A stretch of 63,194 nt of DNA, counting the filler, from Platydemus manokwari (Eukaryota): the NCBI GenBank assembly GCA_037951405.1. It is 5 parts of 5 records of this genome, joined end to end, with 100 filler letters (N's around TTAATTAATTAA, not from the genome) between each part and the next. Parts side by side here need not be neighbours in the genome. Positions count along the whole stretch, not along the records: positions 32,927 to 42,487 come from JBBMOY011232208.1; positions 42,588 to 51,924 come from JBBMOY011262652.1; positions 52,025 to 63,194 come from JBBMOY010859978.1; 2 more parts are not named here. One strand, 5' to 3'. The notes under the pieces were generated by a model. That model saw only the letters and a program-made list of their open reading frames with translations. It did no database searches and was not told the DNA's origin. Both the position numbers and the translations under genes were made by a program. Positions 40,683-53,945 of the stretch are shown in pieces (within the stretch, counting starts at the first letter, position 1; each line of letters starts with the position of its first letter).

Positions 40683-42384
40683 GCTACTAATTAATTACCG
40701 AATCTATCTTCAACATCAATAAATAATGGATAGATATTTAAAATAATCTCCATTCTGATGGTTATTTTTATCGGTAATAATCTTTTCAAGTTTTTGTTTA
40801 TGTTTTCATAACAAAGTTATAATTTCTGTTTATATATTTTGATCCTTTGATATAATGAACGGAAAATCATGGAGCCAATCCCAAATATTAACAACATAGA
40901 TGTTCTCCTAAAGCCTAAGATAAAGGTGTTACAGGGTCAAATCAAAGAGTGCAAATTCACTTATTTATTTTGTTGTTCCCAAAATTACTTGATTTCTTTT
41001 TTTGTAAGAATATCATTTGGAGCAATTTGATGTGTAAGAATTAATTACGTAAGTATTTGATAATCCAAGCATCATGATGTGTTCTAGGTCACTGATTCTA
41101 TTTTATCTTTAATAAACTTTTGCGTGTTTAAAATATTTAACTCGATTAATTGGTCTCTGTGTGTGAAGCAAAGTGCTATTACTGCAGTTTTTATATTCTG
41201 TTAAAAGTACTGTTCACAACAGTACAATGTGTCTAATTAGTATCATTATGCTGACTTTTATCTTTAAATGAATAGTAACCATTGTTTCTAGAGAAATAAA
41301 CAATTATAAAAAAACTTAAAACTTTATGTTATTAAAATTACTTTAATAATATCAAAGTGAAAATCAACAAAATTTGATTTAGCGCGTATTGAAGTGCTGT
41401 TTCGTGATTTGGGTAGTCGATCAATTTAGAAGAGATGAGATTAAAATTATTTATATAATAAATCCTTACACTTTTCTAATTTCTGGAAACGATTCATGGA
41501 TTCATGCTGAAAGTATCACGTTTTGATTGGATCTTTTATTTCTCAAGTTCCAATATTAGATTTATTATTTTTGTAAACTCGTGTTTGTCAATCCTTATGT
41601 GTGTTACTGTATGCCTATGCCCATTTTTCGAATTAAAAATTTTCACTTAATCTAACTGTGATTGACTGTTTGCTATGCCTGTATAGTTGTGTTGGCACAC
41701 AAATGCTTAAAGTGCTAAAATAATGGTTCAAATGTGTAAAATCGTCTTTCTTTTCGTGAGATTTCATCTTTACTCAACAATACTCTATAAGATATTATTC
41801 AGCAATTATTTCCCATTTTTCTTTATGGTCAAATATTTGAAATCCATCATCATAAAATGAGTAAATTAATATTGAACGAATATTAATGGATAACATTATC
41901 TGGTAATTATTCGCAAACATTCCCGTTAATAAAATAGAATCTGATAAGAATTATGTTCATTCGTTTTATCATTTTGTAAAACAAAAATTTAATAGCAAAA
42001 GATAAAACAATTTATTACTGTTTATTTATTGTTTCATTCGTTAACTGAATCTAAAATTTTTCAGTTATTTAAGACTTTCATTTATGACTGCCACACAAAT
42101 AAAATAGGTCCCTTTATTGCTCAAAAATCACTGTAGTTGTTAATGATCTAACCAATATTTAAAATATGTCAATGACTTGTCGAAACGATGCACCGTTTTT
42201 CAACTGGATTTAAGTTTTAACTGCGGTAATCACTTTGATCAAAGAGATTCTATAATTAATAGGAACTATTTTTTGAAAAATAGAAATAACAAAATTTTAA
42301 TCTAATGACGACAGCTTTATTTAATATTTTCTAATTGTTAGTTGCCAAATTTTAATTTAAATAAAAATGCCCACATTTAATATT

Positions 42385-42487
42385 ATATTGGGTCTATAAC
42401 TTAATAACCTGAATTTAACACCAGATGTAAACACTTGTGTGTGTGCTGTAGCAAATCATTAACATACACGTCATTTTGAAGCTCTAT
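42385..42487. repeat. Inverted copy of the repeat at 1-80, running into the contig end
   Basis: Near-identical reverse complement of the window start. Confidence 0.85.
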
Positions 42488-42587
42488 NNNNNNNNNNNNN
42501 NNNNNNNNNNNNNNNNNNNNNNNNNNNNNNNTTAATTAATTAANNNNNNNNNNNNNNNNNNNNNNNNNNNNNNNNNNNNNNNNNNNN
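42488..42587. other. Artificial contig linker
   Basis: N44-TTAATTAATTAA-N44. Confidence 0.97.
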
Positions 42588-42594
42588 ATATTTA

Positions 42595-42755
42595 TCGAAT
42601 ATACCAGCGTGTTGTGCGCGGCTCCTGAAGAGGCGACATAATTCTACCAACAGGTAAACTCCATTAGGCGGGCCAACTTCACAAACTCTTCACATTCGCG
42701 GCCCTGCTGTAAGTAACATGTCGCTACGACCAAATCGAATCTGACATATTCGATG
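42595..42755. repeat. GC-rich fold-back (MITE-like) element at the contig edge
   Basis: atcgaatat..cag / ctg..atattcgat and ggcgacat..cagg / cctg..atgtcgct inverted arms. Confidence 0.55.
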
Positions 42756-42907
42756 CCAACATTTGATAACCAGAATCGGTGATATTTAACCGGGGAAAAC
42801 GTTACTCAATCAATTCAGTAATGTCTTTATCAATAATATTAGGAATATTAATTCTAACGAAACTATAATTTATGGTTTTATGTTTTTTTTATTAATTAAA
42901 GACTTAC

Positions 42908-42969
42908 TTGTCTGGAATAGGCAGTTTATCAGAAAGAAGATATCCTTCATCATCTGGGTTTTTCTTCAT
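42908..42969 (-). CDS. Probable first coding exon of an unidentified gene (MKKNPDDEGYLLSDKLPIPD), remainder beyond the contig end
   Basis: ATG-initiated 62-nt open frame ending at a perfect gtaagt donor; no family recognised. Confidence 0.45.
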
Positions 42970-44299
42970 TGCACTTAAAAAATCGGATAATTATTTTTTG
43001 ACAAACTTGATTTGAATTATCCACCGATTTGGATTTTCAATTATTTAATTTTATATGAAATATCGAGATTTAAATACAAAAATGGTTATCTATGATTAAT
43101 TTAGTTTGACTAAACAAAATCATATATTGAGAATTAACTATAATAATACTCAAATTAGATCTCAATTAAATTTTAATTCAATGAAAATAGTTTCGTTTTA
43201 ATTTCATTTTCTAACATTTGACATTATAAATGTCAATGAAAATTCTTGTGAAATTTTTTCAAATTTTATCATGTTATATAGAAATCAATTTCTCTGCGAA
43301 ATATTTAATCCGGAATTGAAAATTTATAGAATGTTATTTCCATATTATATAACAAGTATCTTTCTCTTTTCTACGAATTATATGTGATGAGTAAAAAGAA
43401 ATTTAACAAAAGAAAAACGATTTTATACATTAGAACCCTTAATTTAACACTTTAAGGATTGCATGCCTACACAATCATACATGTATAACAACCAGTCAAT
43501 CAGAGAGTTCTTAAATCGAAGATTCTATTTAAAAAAGTGGACACATATACGGAGCAACACACATAGTAATTGACCAATCCCAATCACACAAAGCCAATAA
43601 ATCCAAACGGAACTTGCAAAATAATGTATCAAACCAAATCTTGACAATAAAATTCCATTCAAATCCCATGAATGAAGGCTAATGTAGAGACGGCCAATTT
43701 AATATTTAGAGTTGTTGGTGTACGTACCGATTTATACGATTCTTTTGGACCCCTATTTGTGTATCTGCATGAAAATATCTATTGTAATAGTTAAACCTTT
43801 TGTTCCAAAATCTTAAATCGACACTCACTCTGTCTGCAACAATTCTTGAAAAGTAAAATTCTTATTAATAATTATAATAATTACAATTATTACAGTTATC
43901 ATAACCATATTCATGAATAATTAAAGCGTACAAGCTCGATTATAATCAGCAAAAATTCGAAATGAATATATTGGATGAAATAATTAAATAATCCAAACAC
44001 AAAAATATCAATCCAAATATCGAAATTCATTAATCGATTATCTAAAATGGAAATCTATTGAAAATAAAATGGTAATAGAAAATAATAATAATAATAATTT
44101 TTATTATTATAATCTATGATAACCCATATGTAAAATAATATAATATAATATAATCTCGCGCAAAAAAACCCAATATGTTTTCATATTCCCAAATGATTAA
44201 AAATAATAATCCCGAAACACCAGACCAATTAACAATTTATTTAAAAAATTCCAAATAGTATAAATAACTCGATTTTGAAACCATAACTGATAATTTATT

Positions 44300-44720
44300 A
44301 GAAACCTAAATCACAGTGTTCATTGACCGATACAAGATCTTTTGCGATCTACAATGTTTATGCAAATATAAGAACAAGTTTTATCCCCAGTCTTTACTGT
44401 AAGATGGTCGAATTCCAAGCCATAGTTTCAGTAAGCAAAATTCGCTGTAATATCATTGTACATTTTTATACCGTCTGTTATATTTCATTTGTATAGAAAG
44501 AAGCTCGTCCATGCAAATTGATTTTACTAGATCAATCATCACTTTTCAAGAATTTCTGATTGTCATTTAGGTGTATAAAAGAAGATTGTTTTATAAAATC
44601 TGGATTGTTATCACTGATTTATTGGTGTAGATTTAAGGATCAAAATAGATTTGACATAATGGTTATTTCATTGTCAACCATCATTGTTTTTAGTGATGAA
44701 CACGTTTTTTAAGTCAGTAT
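44300..44720 (-). mobile_element. piggyBac transposase remnant
   Basis: Minus fragments FIHLNDN (FLHF.DN motif), HGRASF...GIKMY (FKGR...KYGIK motif) and a Cys-containing tail; multiple deletions. Confidence 0.55.
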
Positions 44721-46452
44721 GAAGATATTTAATAATAATTAATATAATTTTACGCTGAACTCTTTGTCTTCAAATAAGACAGTACAGGATCAAGTTGAAG
44801 AAAGAATAAAATAATTTGAGGGTCTTCAGAGCACACGAGACTGATTTACTAACAGATAATAATATGAATAAAATAAAGATCAATTGGACCCAAACTGTAA
44901 CAACACAAACATATATATATAAGTAAGAAATATTCTTTTTTTTCTGTGCTCAATTTGTAAAGACTGATGAGGAATATTTCATTTGCATACACGGAAATTA
45001 AAATCAATATGTTGTAATCGTCCTCTTTTTAATTGTAGGATGCCTTATAATATTAATTGCCAGGTCTTGCTTACAAAGTCTTTGTAATTACTTAAGAGTT
45101 ACTTTATTTATATTGGTTGCTTTGATTATTTAGTTTGAACACATTTCTGAGTTTCTCTTTTAATGGTTTATTTTTAGCAATTTATATACAAGTTGATTTA
45201 TACACAATTTCGTGGAAACTATTAAGCGAAATTATAATTAAAATCTAATTGTGACGATTTTCCAATACAGTGTATTATTAGAATATTAGATATTTTTTAA
45301 TTTTACTGTATCATTTATTTTTCAATGAAACTTTAACGATTTTCTTGACAAATAAGAATTTTATCTATGTGGTATTACAAATTGAATATAATGAGAATCG
45401 GTATACCCATTTGAAGGAAAGAAAACTCAGTCGAAACTGATAATGTCTTGTTTAAACTTTATTATCATGTTTAAGATTTTTTTGAGCATCAAAGTGGAAG
45501 GGAAACAAAAGTTATAGCTACCTGGAACTGTAAATTATTAACTATTATGCCATATTTTATTAATTTTATTAACTCTGATTTCCTGACATTTTGGCCTGAA
45601 GAATGAATTAGTAATTTTTTTTTTATTTTCACATTTTTATTTTTACGCAAGAATGCTTTGAGTAGTCTTTCTAACAGCAGTTGGAAATTTTTAGATATTT
45701 TTTCGTTAACTAAAATATTCGATTTGTATCGATTATCAATAAACTATTTCTTGATTTTATGAAGGAATAACACTTTCTTTCATTTAATTCGACGTTAAGA
45801 ATTTCCTATCACTACAATATTGAATGATAATTATGTGTACATATAATGAATCCAAAATAATAGGAACCACTGTTTAAACTCAGACATAATCACTTCAATA
45901 TCCTTCTCATCCTTTGAACTGCTTTTGTGATTACCTCTGTCGTGCATTCTTTATTGATCTTGACAAAATTGATATTAATTCTGTAATTATGCAGAACAAA
46001 GAGATTTATCGAACATAATTTACTAGCACTTCATATTTTCAAATATGGAACAATAAATACCAAACTTTCTAAAAAAATGCTAAATTTTATTTCAACACAA
46101 AAATTTTCGTTTCGATGCGGTGGGATATCCCTCACCTCGTTTTTAGTTGGTATGTTTCGTCGGCCTTCAGTAGTTGTCTTCTTACAACCTTAGCCATGTC
46201 AAACACACTTAAATATTCTCTAAAAGAAAATGTAGGAAAATGTGATTTAAAGTGCTTTACAGAAGCGAAACATGTGATTCAATACATTCAACTACTTATT
46301 GGAAGAAAATTTTGAACTTTTTCGTGATTTTCATCCTTGAATTTGTACGTCGTTTGTTTTACTTTTATTCTTTTTACTTTTTGATGACTGAAATGATTTA
46401 GAGACATTAATGGCCCAAATTGATTTATCAACATTTTGGTTAATTGTCTAGA

Positions 46453-46543
46453 TAATAATAATATTAATAATAGTAATAATAATATTATTAATAATAATGA
46501 TAATAATAATAATAATAATGATAATAATAATAATAATAATAAT
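46453..46543. repeat. (AAT)n microsatellite
   Basis: ~90 nt of imperfect aat repeats. Confidence 0.95.
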
Positions 46544-49004
46544 GCGATATTTAGTCTTTACAACTGTTATAAATTAGTCTGGTTAGAAGGTTTGAAATGA
46601 ATGAAGAAATTCAAAAAAACACCCTTTAAGTATGTGCAATAGTAAATCAAGTTATCTTATTTCTCTTTCTAATTTACCGATAATTTAAAGATCTGAAACC
46701 CATTTTAACATTTACAGAATAAAAATATGAATAAAATGTGTACCAATGACAAAATGGTAACATATGGTGAATGCAAACAAATAGTTGTCTTTGAATAAGC
46801 CAATGAACAAATGATAGGAGGGCATAAATAATTACAAAACTGCACTCTTGATTGGCTACGTATTGTTATTGTCAATGGTCTTACAATTATGTTAATTCCC
46901 ACACATCCAATTGTTCATTTAAATTCATAGAATCCATAAATGTGAACCCAGTTGAGTTGGTGAAATTGATGTCATTTATTTAACCAAAAAATACATTCAG
47001 AGAATTAAATATTTTAAAATCTGATAAGCTTTAATTTGAAAATTTTCAGAGGATTTATCATTGCTAATGGATTTCAGATAATTGAATCACATTACACCAT
47101 TAAAGTCGCAGAAATTTCTCAGGTATTGTGGCAAAATACGCATGAAAAGTAATGCTACTTGTTTAGTTCTCTCAATTTAATATCAAGGAATCCAGGTTTA
47201 AGAATAAATAAATTTGAAGAATTTTTTCGTAAAGCACTTCATGAAGTAATTTAAAAAATGTAATGATTGTCATTTGTAGGGTAATTGAAATTAATCAATA
47301 AATCAATCAATGTTTTAACTTATTTTCATGTTTCACAGAAAAATAATAGAAAATCACCTTGAAAATTGATATTAATAATATCAGAAATAAATAAAAAACT
47401 GCGTGTAAGGATTGTAATACGCTGCTATTTTATGAAGCGCACATTGGAAATGAACTGTAAAGTCAGGAGTGAAAATGATACTTAACTACAATTAATTAAA
47501 CCAATAAATATTTTTTTTAATATAAAATCGAATTATAAAATCTTATGCGTTTGGGTTATAGGTAGCAACTGGGCAAAAATCAAATCAAACAGCTACTACG
47601 TTGCTGGATTGGTTTCGTGATTCTTATTTTCTACAATTATCTAGTAGCACGATGAATTCCAGATTTTAAAGATTCAAAAATTTTTCGATCCGATCACATG
47701 GCTATTTCACTCAAATTCACATCAAGTAATACCATACATCATAAATAGTAAACCAAAATTAAAGTCGATTATAAGACACAAGAAAAATTTGAATGGATCA
47801 ACCTTTATTATATTTTATTATAAACATAATTTTACACTTTTAATGTAATTAATGTGCTTAGATTATTTTTAGATTGGAAAAATCGAAAATTTATATTTGA
47901 CCAAATTTTTATTACTCCCTATATGGTATTTATGGCTGAATTAACAATTAAATAAATAAATTATTAAAGTTCGTTGCCAATCAAATTTCCATCCAAGTGT
48001 TAATTCCAACGAAGAAATTTTTGATGGATATTGGTTTTTGGGTATTGGGAATTTTTTTTGGTGCAATATTCCAGTTATAAATACACTTGATATATTCCAA
48101 AAAGGAAAAGTTTCACTTTTAAAGACAAAATTTAATTGAAAAGACATTTGAAAATTGATAGCCTGGTTTTCCTTTCCAAAATTTTGGATTAATTCTGAAT
48201 TGATGTATTTCAAGTATAGGTATTTTGAGACGCAAATCTCAAAATACGAATTCTAATGAGCTTGGTGAATGTTAAAACTATTACCGGATATGCTTTGAAA
48301 CAATCAGATTATTAAATTGTGTGGAATCTTTATCATTTATTAAAATATTTCATGAATGATATAAAATTTCTAAAAGATAAAGATAATTATGGAAAAATTA
48401 TATAATTTCTGATAAATTCATTATATAATATAATATCTCTATCACCAATGTGTAATTAAGATTGTCTGTGCCTTGATAAATGAATTATTAAACAAACTCT
48501 TAAATAAAATTATAATTTTAGGTCCATTCCGTGTTGATGCAGACATTAGGTTATTAATCTTTCCAACGTAGCGAAAAGATCTTCAAGCAAAAGAAAAAAA
48601 TTAAAGTATATTTTGAGAATCATTAATAGGCTCTAATTTTATCGAAAATGTACACAATTTTTCAACCAGAAACCAGCACGAAATTTTCATTTGAAACTAT
48701 TTGTCTCTGTAAATTTGAATTTTGTTTTGTAAATTAATAGAAACTAAGTATTGATGGTAATTAATGAGATAAGATACTTATCAGTTGGTGAATTCAGTTG
48801 GGCAGCGTTGATTTATATATTTGGTTTTAAGTAGTTAATTAAATTTAGGATTCATCAAGTTGGTAAAATGATCTCATTTAACTAATTAAGTTTAATTTTT
48901 AATAGCATTTAGGATAATTGTTAACGAGAAACATGTTAAATTTATATCTATGATTTCTTTTAGATTTAAGATTTCTATGATTTAGATTCTATGATTTCTT
49001 TAAC

Positions 49005-49865
49005 CTTCCTTCGTAATGATGAATTTTCAGGATGTCTAATCGTGACAAAACATAATTTTAAAACCAATTTCCTGTTCTAATCACAACTCTTCTATGTGAT
49101 TATTTGAGTTTTTAAATTAAAATTTTTTAATTATAAATCGAATTAGTTAACTACAGACATGTTTAATAATATCATTGGTTATTTTTATCAAATAATTGTA
49201 AAAATTGAGAGTACCTTTCAATTTGCTTCTATTTTTAAAAAAGAGTTACTCGCTAATTTTTAATAAATTGCAATTTTATCTAATTTAGGTTTAAGTTAAG
49301 AAAAAGGGTTATTTGACCTACTTTCGTTATAATGAATTTTCACGCTTGAGATAATTTTATAACTTAATTTTATTTATAAATGCTCTTTAATTTATTCGTA
49401 TAATTCAGTTAAAATCTTATTTTTTTAAGTTGTCTAATAGTGATGTCTAATTAAACTAAGTACCTATTCTAATTACAACACTTCTATATGATTATTAGAG
49501 TTTTTAAATTAAAATTTTTATTATTACAAATCGAGTTAGTTAATTACAGACATGTTTAATAATATCATCCCATATTTTTATAAAATAATTGTAAACATTG
49601 AGAGTATCTCTCAATTTTCTTTCAATATTAAAAAATGGTCCTCGTTAATTTTCAATAAATTGCAATTCGACCAACTTTGATGCATTTTCAAAAAATCAAA
49701 TTTTAGGAGATTTTGAAGCTCTAGTGTATTTAATATTTGATTTCAAACAACTAAAATTCTTCTTAAGCACTTGAATAAAAAATTCAAAATGATTTTAAAG
49801 AATAAAATTAAATAAACTATATAGATTTTAGTAATACACTCAACAAATATAAAATTTTATTTTAG
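49005..49865 (+). repeat. Partly tandem-duplicated dispersed repeat; further copy at 53370-53945
   Basis: Blocks 49030-49280, 49430-49680 and 53490-53745 align (ttctaatcacaa..cttctat...acagacatgtttaataatatcat...aataaattgcaatt); 49310-49430 and 49690-49865 also align to the 53370-53945 copy. Confidence 0.85.
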
Positions 49866-50188
49866 GATCAATTTTTCTGTTTTTCGAATAGTTGAATTTA
49901 TACTTTCTAAGTTTTTCATGGCATTTAATTATAATAAGAGGATTCTTATTATTTTGCAATCTAAAATTTATTGATGACAAACCAATATCACGATTAAAAA
50001 AATCAAAATATGACTCTAGCGTCTATCAATTATCGTTAGAAAAATAAGATATCGAAATGATACACACACATATTGAATGGTCGACAAGTATTGTAATCTT
50101 CATTGAACGAGATGGTTTCAAGAACTGAAATACAAATTGGCTCTACAGCCCTAATTAAATACTAGATGAGTTAAATTGAATGGAGTAG

Positions 50189-50559
50189 TTAATTTTTTAA
50201 ATTATGCCATTGATAGATTATTTCACCCAAATTGCTATTTGCCTTTTTCCAATGAACCAGTCCTATTCCATCGGCAAATTGAATTGGTCCCATTACACAC
50301 TTTCCTATAACATGACTGAAACCAATATTATTTCTTCCACAGAGAAATACAGTGATAAAAATTTCTTGGCTGCTCAGTTTAACAACGGATTTGGAATTGT
50401 CTTTTAAAATCGATTTTTGTAACGATAGATTGAATTCAAATGATTCATCAACTCTGTAAGATCCATCCTCAGCTTGGTGCTTTTTCTTAATAATCTTAGA
50501 TTTTCTAGAATCCAATACTTTGCCTTCAGATGCTAATGTGATTCGAATATTTAATCCAT
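50189..50559 (-). CDS. Terminal exon of a synaptotagmin-like protein (C-terminal part of C2B); upstream exons not identified
   Basis: tttag acceptor then GLNIRITL...KSKIIK...DESFEFNL...IGKCVMGP...GIGLVHW...IYQWHNL*; the WHxL terminus is typical of synaptotagmin C2B. Confidence 0.8.
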
Positions 50560-51852
50560 CTAAATTAAATAGGAGGAGAATTTATTAATATAATTTTTAT
50601 TTATTGAAAAACAATTTTTGCCGAGTATAGATGGATCTTGCAAAAATTAATAATCCAAGAATATTATAAACATACAGTTACATACATGCATGGTCACCAA
50701 CTAATCAGAATCAGTATGAAACGTAGAATTAAATTTTGTAAGTACATGGGAACACGAATACACATAAAAAGAGTTTGATCTGAATCAGTGTTGACATGAA
50801 TCGATAACTTCAACTGAAACCTTGAAAATGAAAACATTCGATAAAGGTTGATAATACGCAATACACACAAACTCTTTACTGTAAATCTCTCAACAAAGAT
50901 CGCTAATTACCGATTGTGGTAAGGTAATGTGTTATTTATCAGTATTTGTATTTTGAAGATGATTGGTAGTGAAAGCCAATAGAAATGAAGAATTATATTA
51001 GTGCTGGGTAGCACCTGGATTCGATCAATAAATATTTTATCATCAACTGCTTATTTGAAGTTCAATATTTATCAAAGTATTTGACCGTCTTTAAGTGTGC
51101 AAAATTTTAATAAATGTAACATCAACAGAAATCGGCATGAAATTTGAGTCAAATAAGACTACAAGTAATATTATTTTAAGAGAACATAGCTGGAACTAAC
51201 CAAACCAAATAAAATTGAATCGAATTAACAACTGATAACACACAAACTACTCTTGTAATTTATGGTAATTTTATAATTATTTTAAAACTGAAGAATAACC
51301 AGCAACTGGATCAGTAATTAACAGTTCGAACAATTGAAAAACGCCGATAAATATAGCTCTAATTTGATGTAAAATGTATTAACTGTACATATCTCAATGT
51401 AAATGCCAATAAATCTTATCTCTCCTATATGTATAACCATTGGAAATAAATATACAAGACAATAAACCAAAATTATATGAGCTGGCTTGTCTTTGTTTCG
51501 AAAAAGAAAGATGTTATCTCGTGTTATAAATTCCATAAAATACAATCTGTAATACATTTTGCATATCTCCAATAGAAACATGTAAAAAAGAAACTGATAA
51601 TCTATTGTTCAATCTCCTGGATTTAACTTTTTCAAATGCATGTGCATTTATAACGAGAACTACGTGCACACGGGATCTCCAGTTAAAAAATAATAATCTG
51701 TTAGCTACTGTCCCAAGAAGATTGACATCCTACTGGCTGCTAGAAGGATATTTTTTTGTCTTTTACAGTTGTGTGGCTCTAAAAGTGTTACGCCCTGGGC
51801 ACTCGTGGAAGTTAACCCCGCCCACACAACAGGAGAAGGGGGAGGTAGTATA

Positions 51853-51924
51853 ACTTCTTCTTACGGTCTAGGCCTTGTGGGGTTGGTTATCATTTCTGTC
51901 CACAGCCTTCTATCCCTTGTACAA
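51853..51924 (-). mobile_element. RTE-clade LINE 3' end
   Basis: TRDRRLWTEMITNPTRPRP* followed by a gaagaag tail, matching the RTE C-terminal DR..W motif and tandem-repeat tail. Confidence 0.65.
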
Positions 51925-52024
51925 NNNNNNNNNNNNNNNNNNNNNNNNNNNNNNNNNNNNNNNNNNNNTTAATTAATTAANNNNNNNNNNNNNNNNNNNN
52001 NNNNNNNNNNNNNNNNNNNNNNNN
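51925..52024. other. Artificial contig linker
   Basis: N44-TTAATTAATTAA-N44. Confidence 0.97.
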
Positions 52025-52160
52025 CAAGAAACATTAACGATGCATGGGGAGAAGGCACAGCTTCCAAACGTACCACACGTAGATGGTTTGCAAAATTTCG
52101 AGTAATAGTCTTTTAAAGTTGCTGTTAGATAACGGCCATTATTTTTGCACTAACCTAATA
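52025..52160 (+). mobile_element. Internally deleted mariner (Hsmar1/cecropia-like) with 3' TIR
   Basis: RNINDAWGEGTASKRTTRRWFAKFR (mariner HTH); TIR aacggccattatttttgcactaacctaa + TA resembles the Hsmar1 TIR. Confidence 0.85.
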
Positions 52161-52702
52161 TAAAAATCTGATTCACACATTTATCGAATTTCAATTCTTT
52201 ATAAACCTTCACATGCCCCTTTTCTTGAAAATCTTTGATTTTCTCTGAATTATTAATTATCTCTGTACCGAATTCTCTAGATATTTATCGATATAAAAAT
52301 TTCTATTTCTTATCCACTTCATATCATTTCTTTATCTTTTTATATCTTCTTTACATCTTCTTTATATCTTATCTGTATTTTCTTCTTATATAGTTTCTCC
52401 GTAGTTTCTTTATATTTTTTTTATGTCTTCTTTATATTTAAACTTTTCCTTCTCTATATTTTCTACACAACTTCTCTATATCTTCTTCACATCTTCTGTA
52501 TACTTCTCTATATCATGGACATTCTCAGAATCGAATTCAAATTTTTGATCGCCTTGGATGTCTCTACTATTTTATAAAGCACACGAACTGAAATGTCGCG
52601 ACACCAAATTATATTTTAATCACAACAATTAAAACAAATCAATATTTTAGAAAAATCCGATTCTAAACTTTTTTGAATTTCAAGTCAGTATAAATGCTCA
52701 CA
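52161..52702 (-). mobile_element. Small non-coding LTR derivative (TRIM-like) with an internal ~11-nt tandem repeat
   Basis: Two direct repeats starting tgtga on the minus strand (at 52702 and 52212); PPT aagaaaagggg immediately before the second; degenerate PBS-like aggcgatc; (tctttatatct)n internal array 52320-52515. Confidence 0.55.
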
Positions 52703-53369
52703 ATGATAACATGTTGCAGCTTCATTGTTTAAATTAATGAAATCCAGCACCTTTTCTAAGGTGTCTATTTGGACACCAATTACTTTGAACTGTAATCTCA
52801 TGCTTAAGTCAAGGGAACCTTGTTTATGGTGCCTCAAATTCATCAACAGTTCAACGTAAATGTTTCTTGAATGTGAGATTAGACAGCTATTAATATTTTA
52901 TATTAAAATCTCGAAATTACTGAAGGATTTTGAATGATCCAATCAACTGTTGGATAAAAATTAGGAAATCGTGATTTAATTAAACGTAATTCTGATCTGC
53001 AAATTTTGCATTTTCATGCGCTTCTCTGTTTATATCACACCCGTTGGTTGAGTTCAAATAAATCTCTCAAACATTATCTGTACATCACTTCCTAATTGCT
53101 TCATACTTCCAAAAGAAGGATGATTTATGAATTGCCATTATTCCTCATTTTCCTTCGCATTTCCTGACTGTCAACAATCGACATTTATTTATGGTTTATG
53201 AAAATGGTATTGCAATCAATATGAAATCGATCATTAAACTGACGATTGTAAATGAAACCGTGTTTTTGAATCATTGAGATTCGTTTTCAAATGACGATAG
53301 CACAAGGGTTCTTTGATCTGAATATTCTAATGGAGAATTGATATTTATGAAATTCATGGCTTCATTTAA

Positions 53370-53945
53370 GAAAAGGGGTCCTTTGACCTACTTTCGTAAT
53401 AATGAATTTTCGCTCGTAAAATAACTTTATAACTTAATTATCGCTATGTTTGATTTATTCATATAATTCAGTTAATATCTCATTTTTAAGATGTCTAGTA
53501 GGGACAAAACATAGTTTTAAAACCAAGTTCCCATTCTAATCACAAATCTTCTATATGGTTATTTGAGTTTTTAAATTTAAATTTATATAATTATAAATCG
53601 CGTTAATTAATTACAGATATGTTTAATAATATCATTGGTTATTTTTATCAAATAATTGTAAAAATTGAGAATATCTCTCAATTTACTTCTAATGTTAAAT
53701 AAAAGGCTTCCTCGCTAATTTTCAATAAATTGCAATTTGACCTACTTTTTTCAATTTTTCAAATCAAATAATAATCATTTTTTTGGATATTTTTAAATTG
53801 TAATGTATTTAATATTTGATTGCAATCAACTAAAACTTTTCTTAAGTACTTAGATAAAAATTCAAAATGTTTTTAAAGAATATAATTAAATAAACTATAT
53901 AGAATTTTGCAATACACATCAAATTTAAAATTTCATTTTAAGACC
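53370..53945 (+). repeat. Dispersed repeat copy (family at 49005-49865)
   Basis: Collinear similarity to 49310-49865. Confidence 0.85.

Noticed and set aside
1-42462. Inverted pairs 1-80/42385-42462 and 32927-33005/63115-63190 as TIRs of giant transposons
   Set aside because: Partners lie on different, artificially joined contigs; repeats at contig ends simply reflect assembly breaks
47941-48300. Coding-like minus-strand stretch (FWKGKPGYQF) and a nearby ctaatga...gaaac motif
   Set aside because: Frames broken, no family recognised, ribozyme core mismatched
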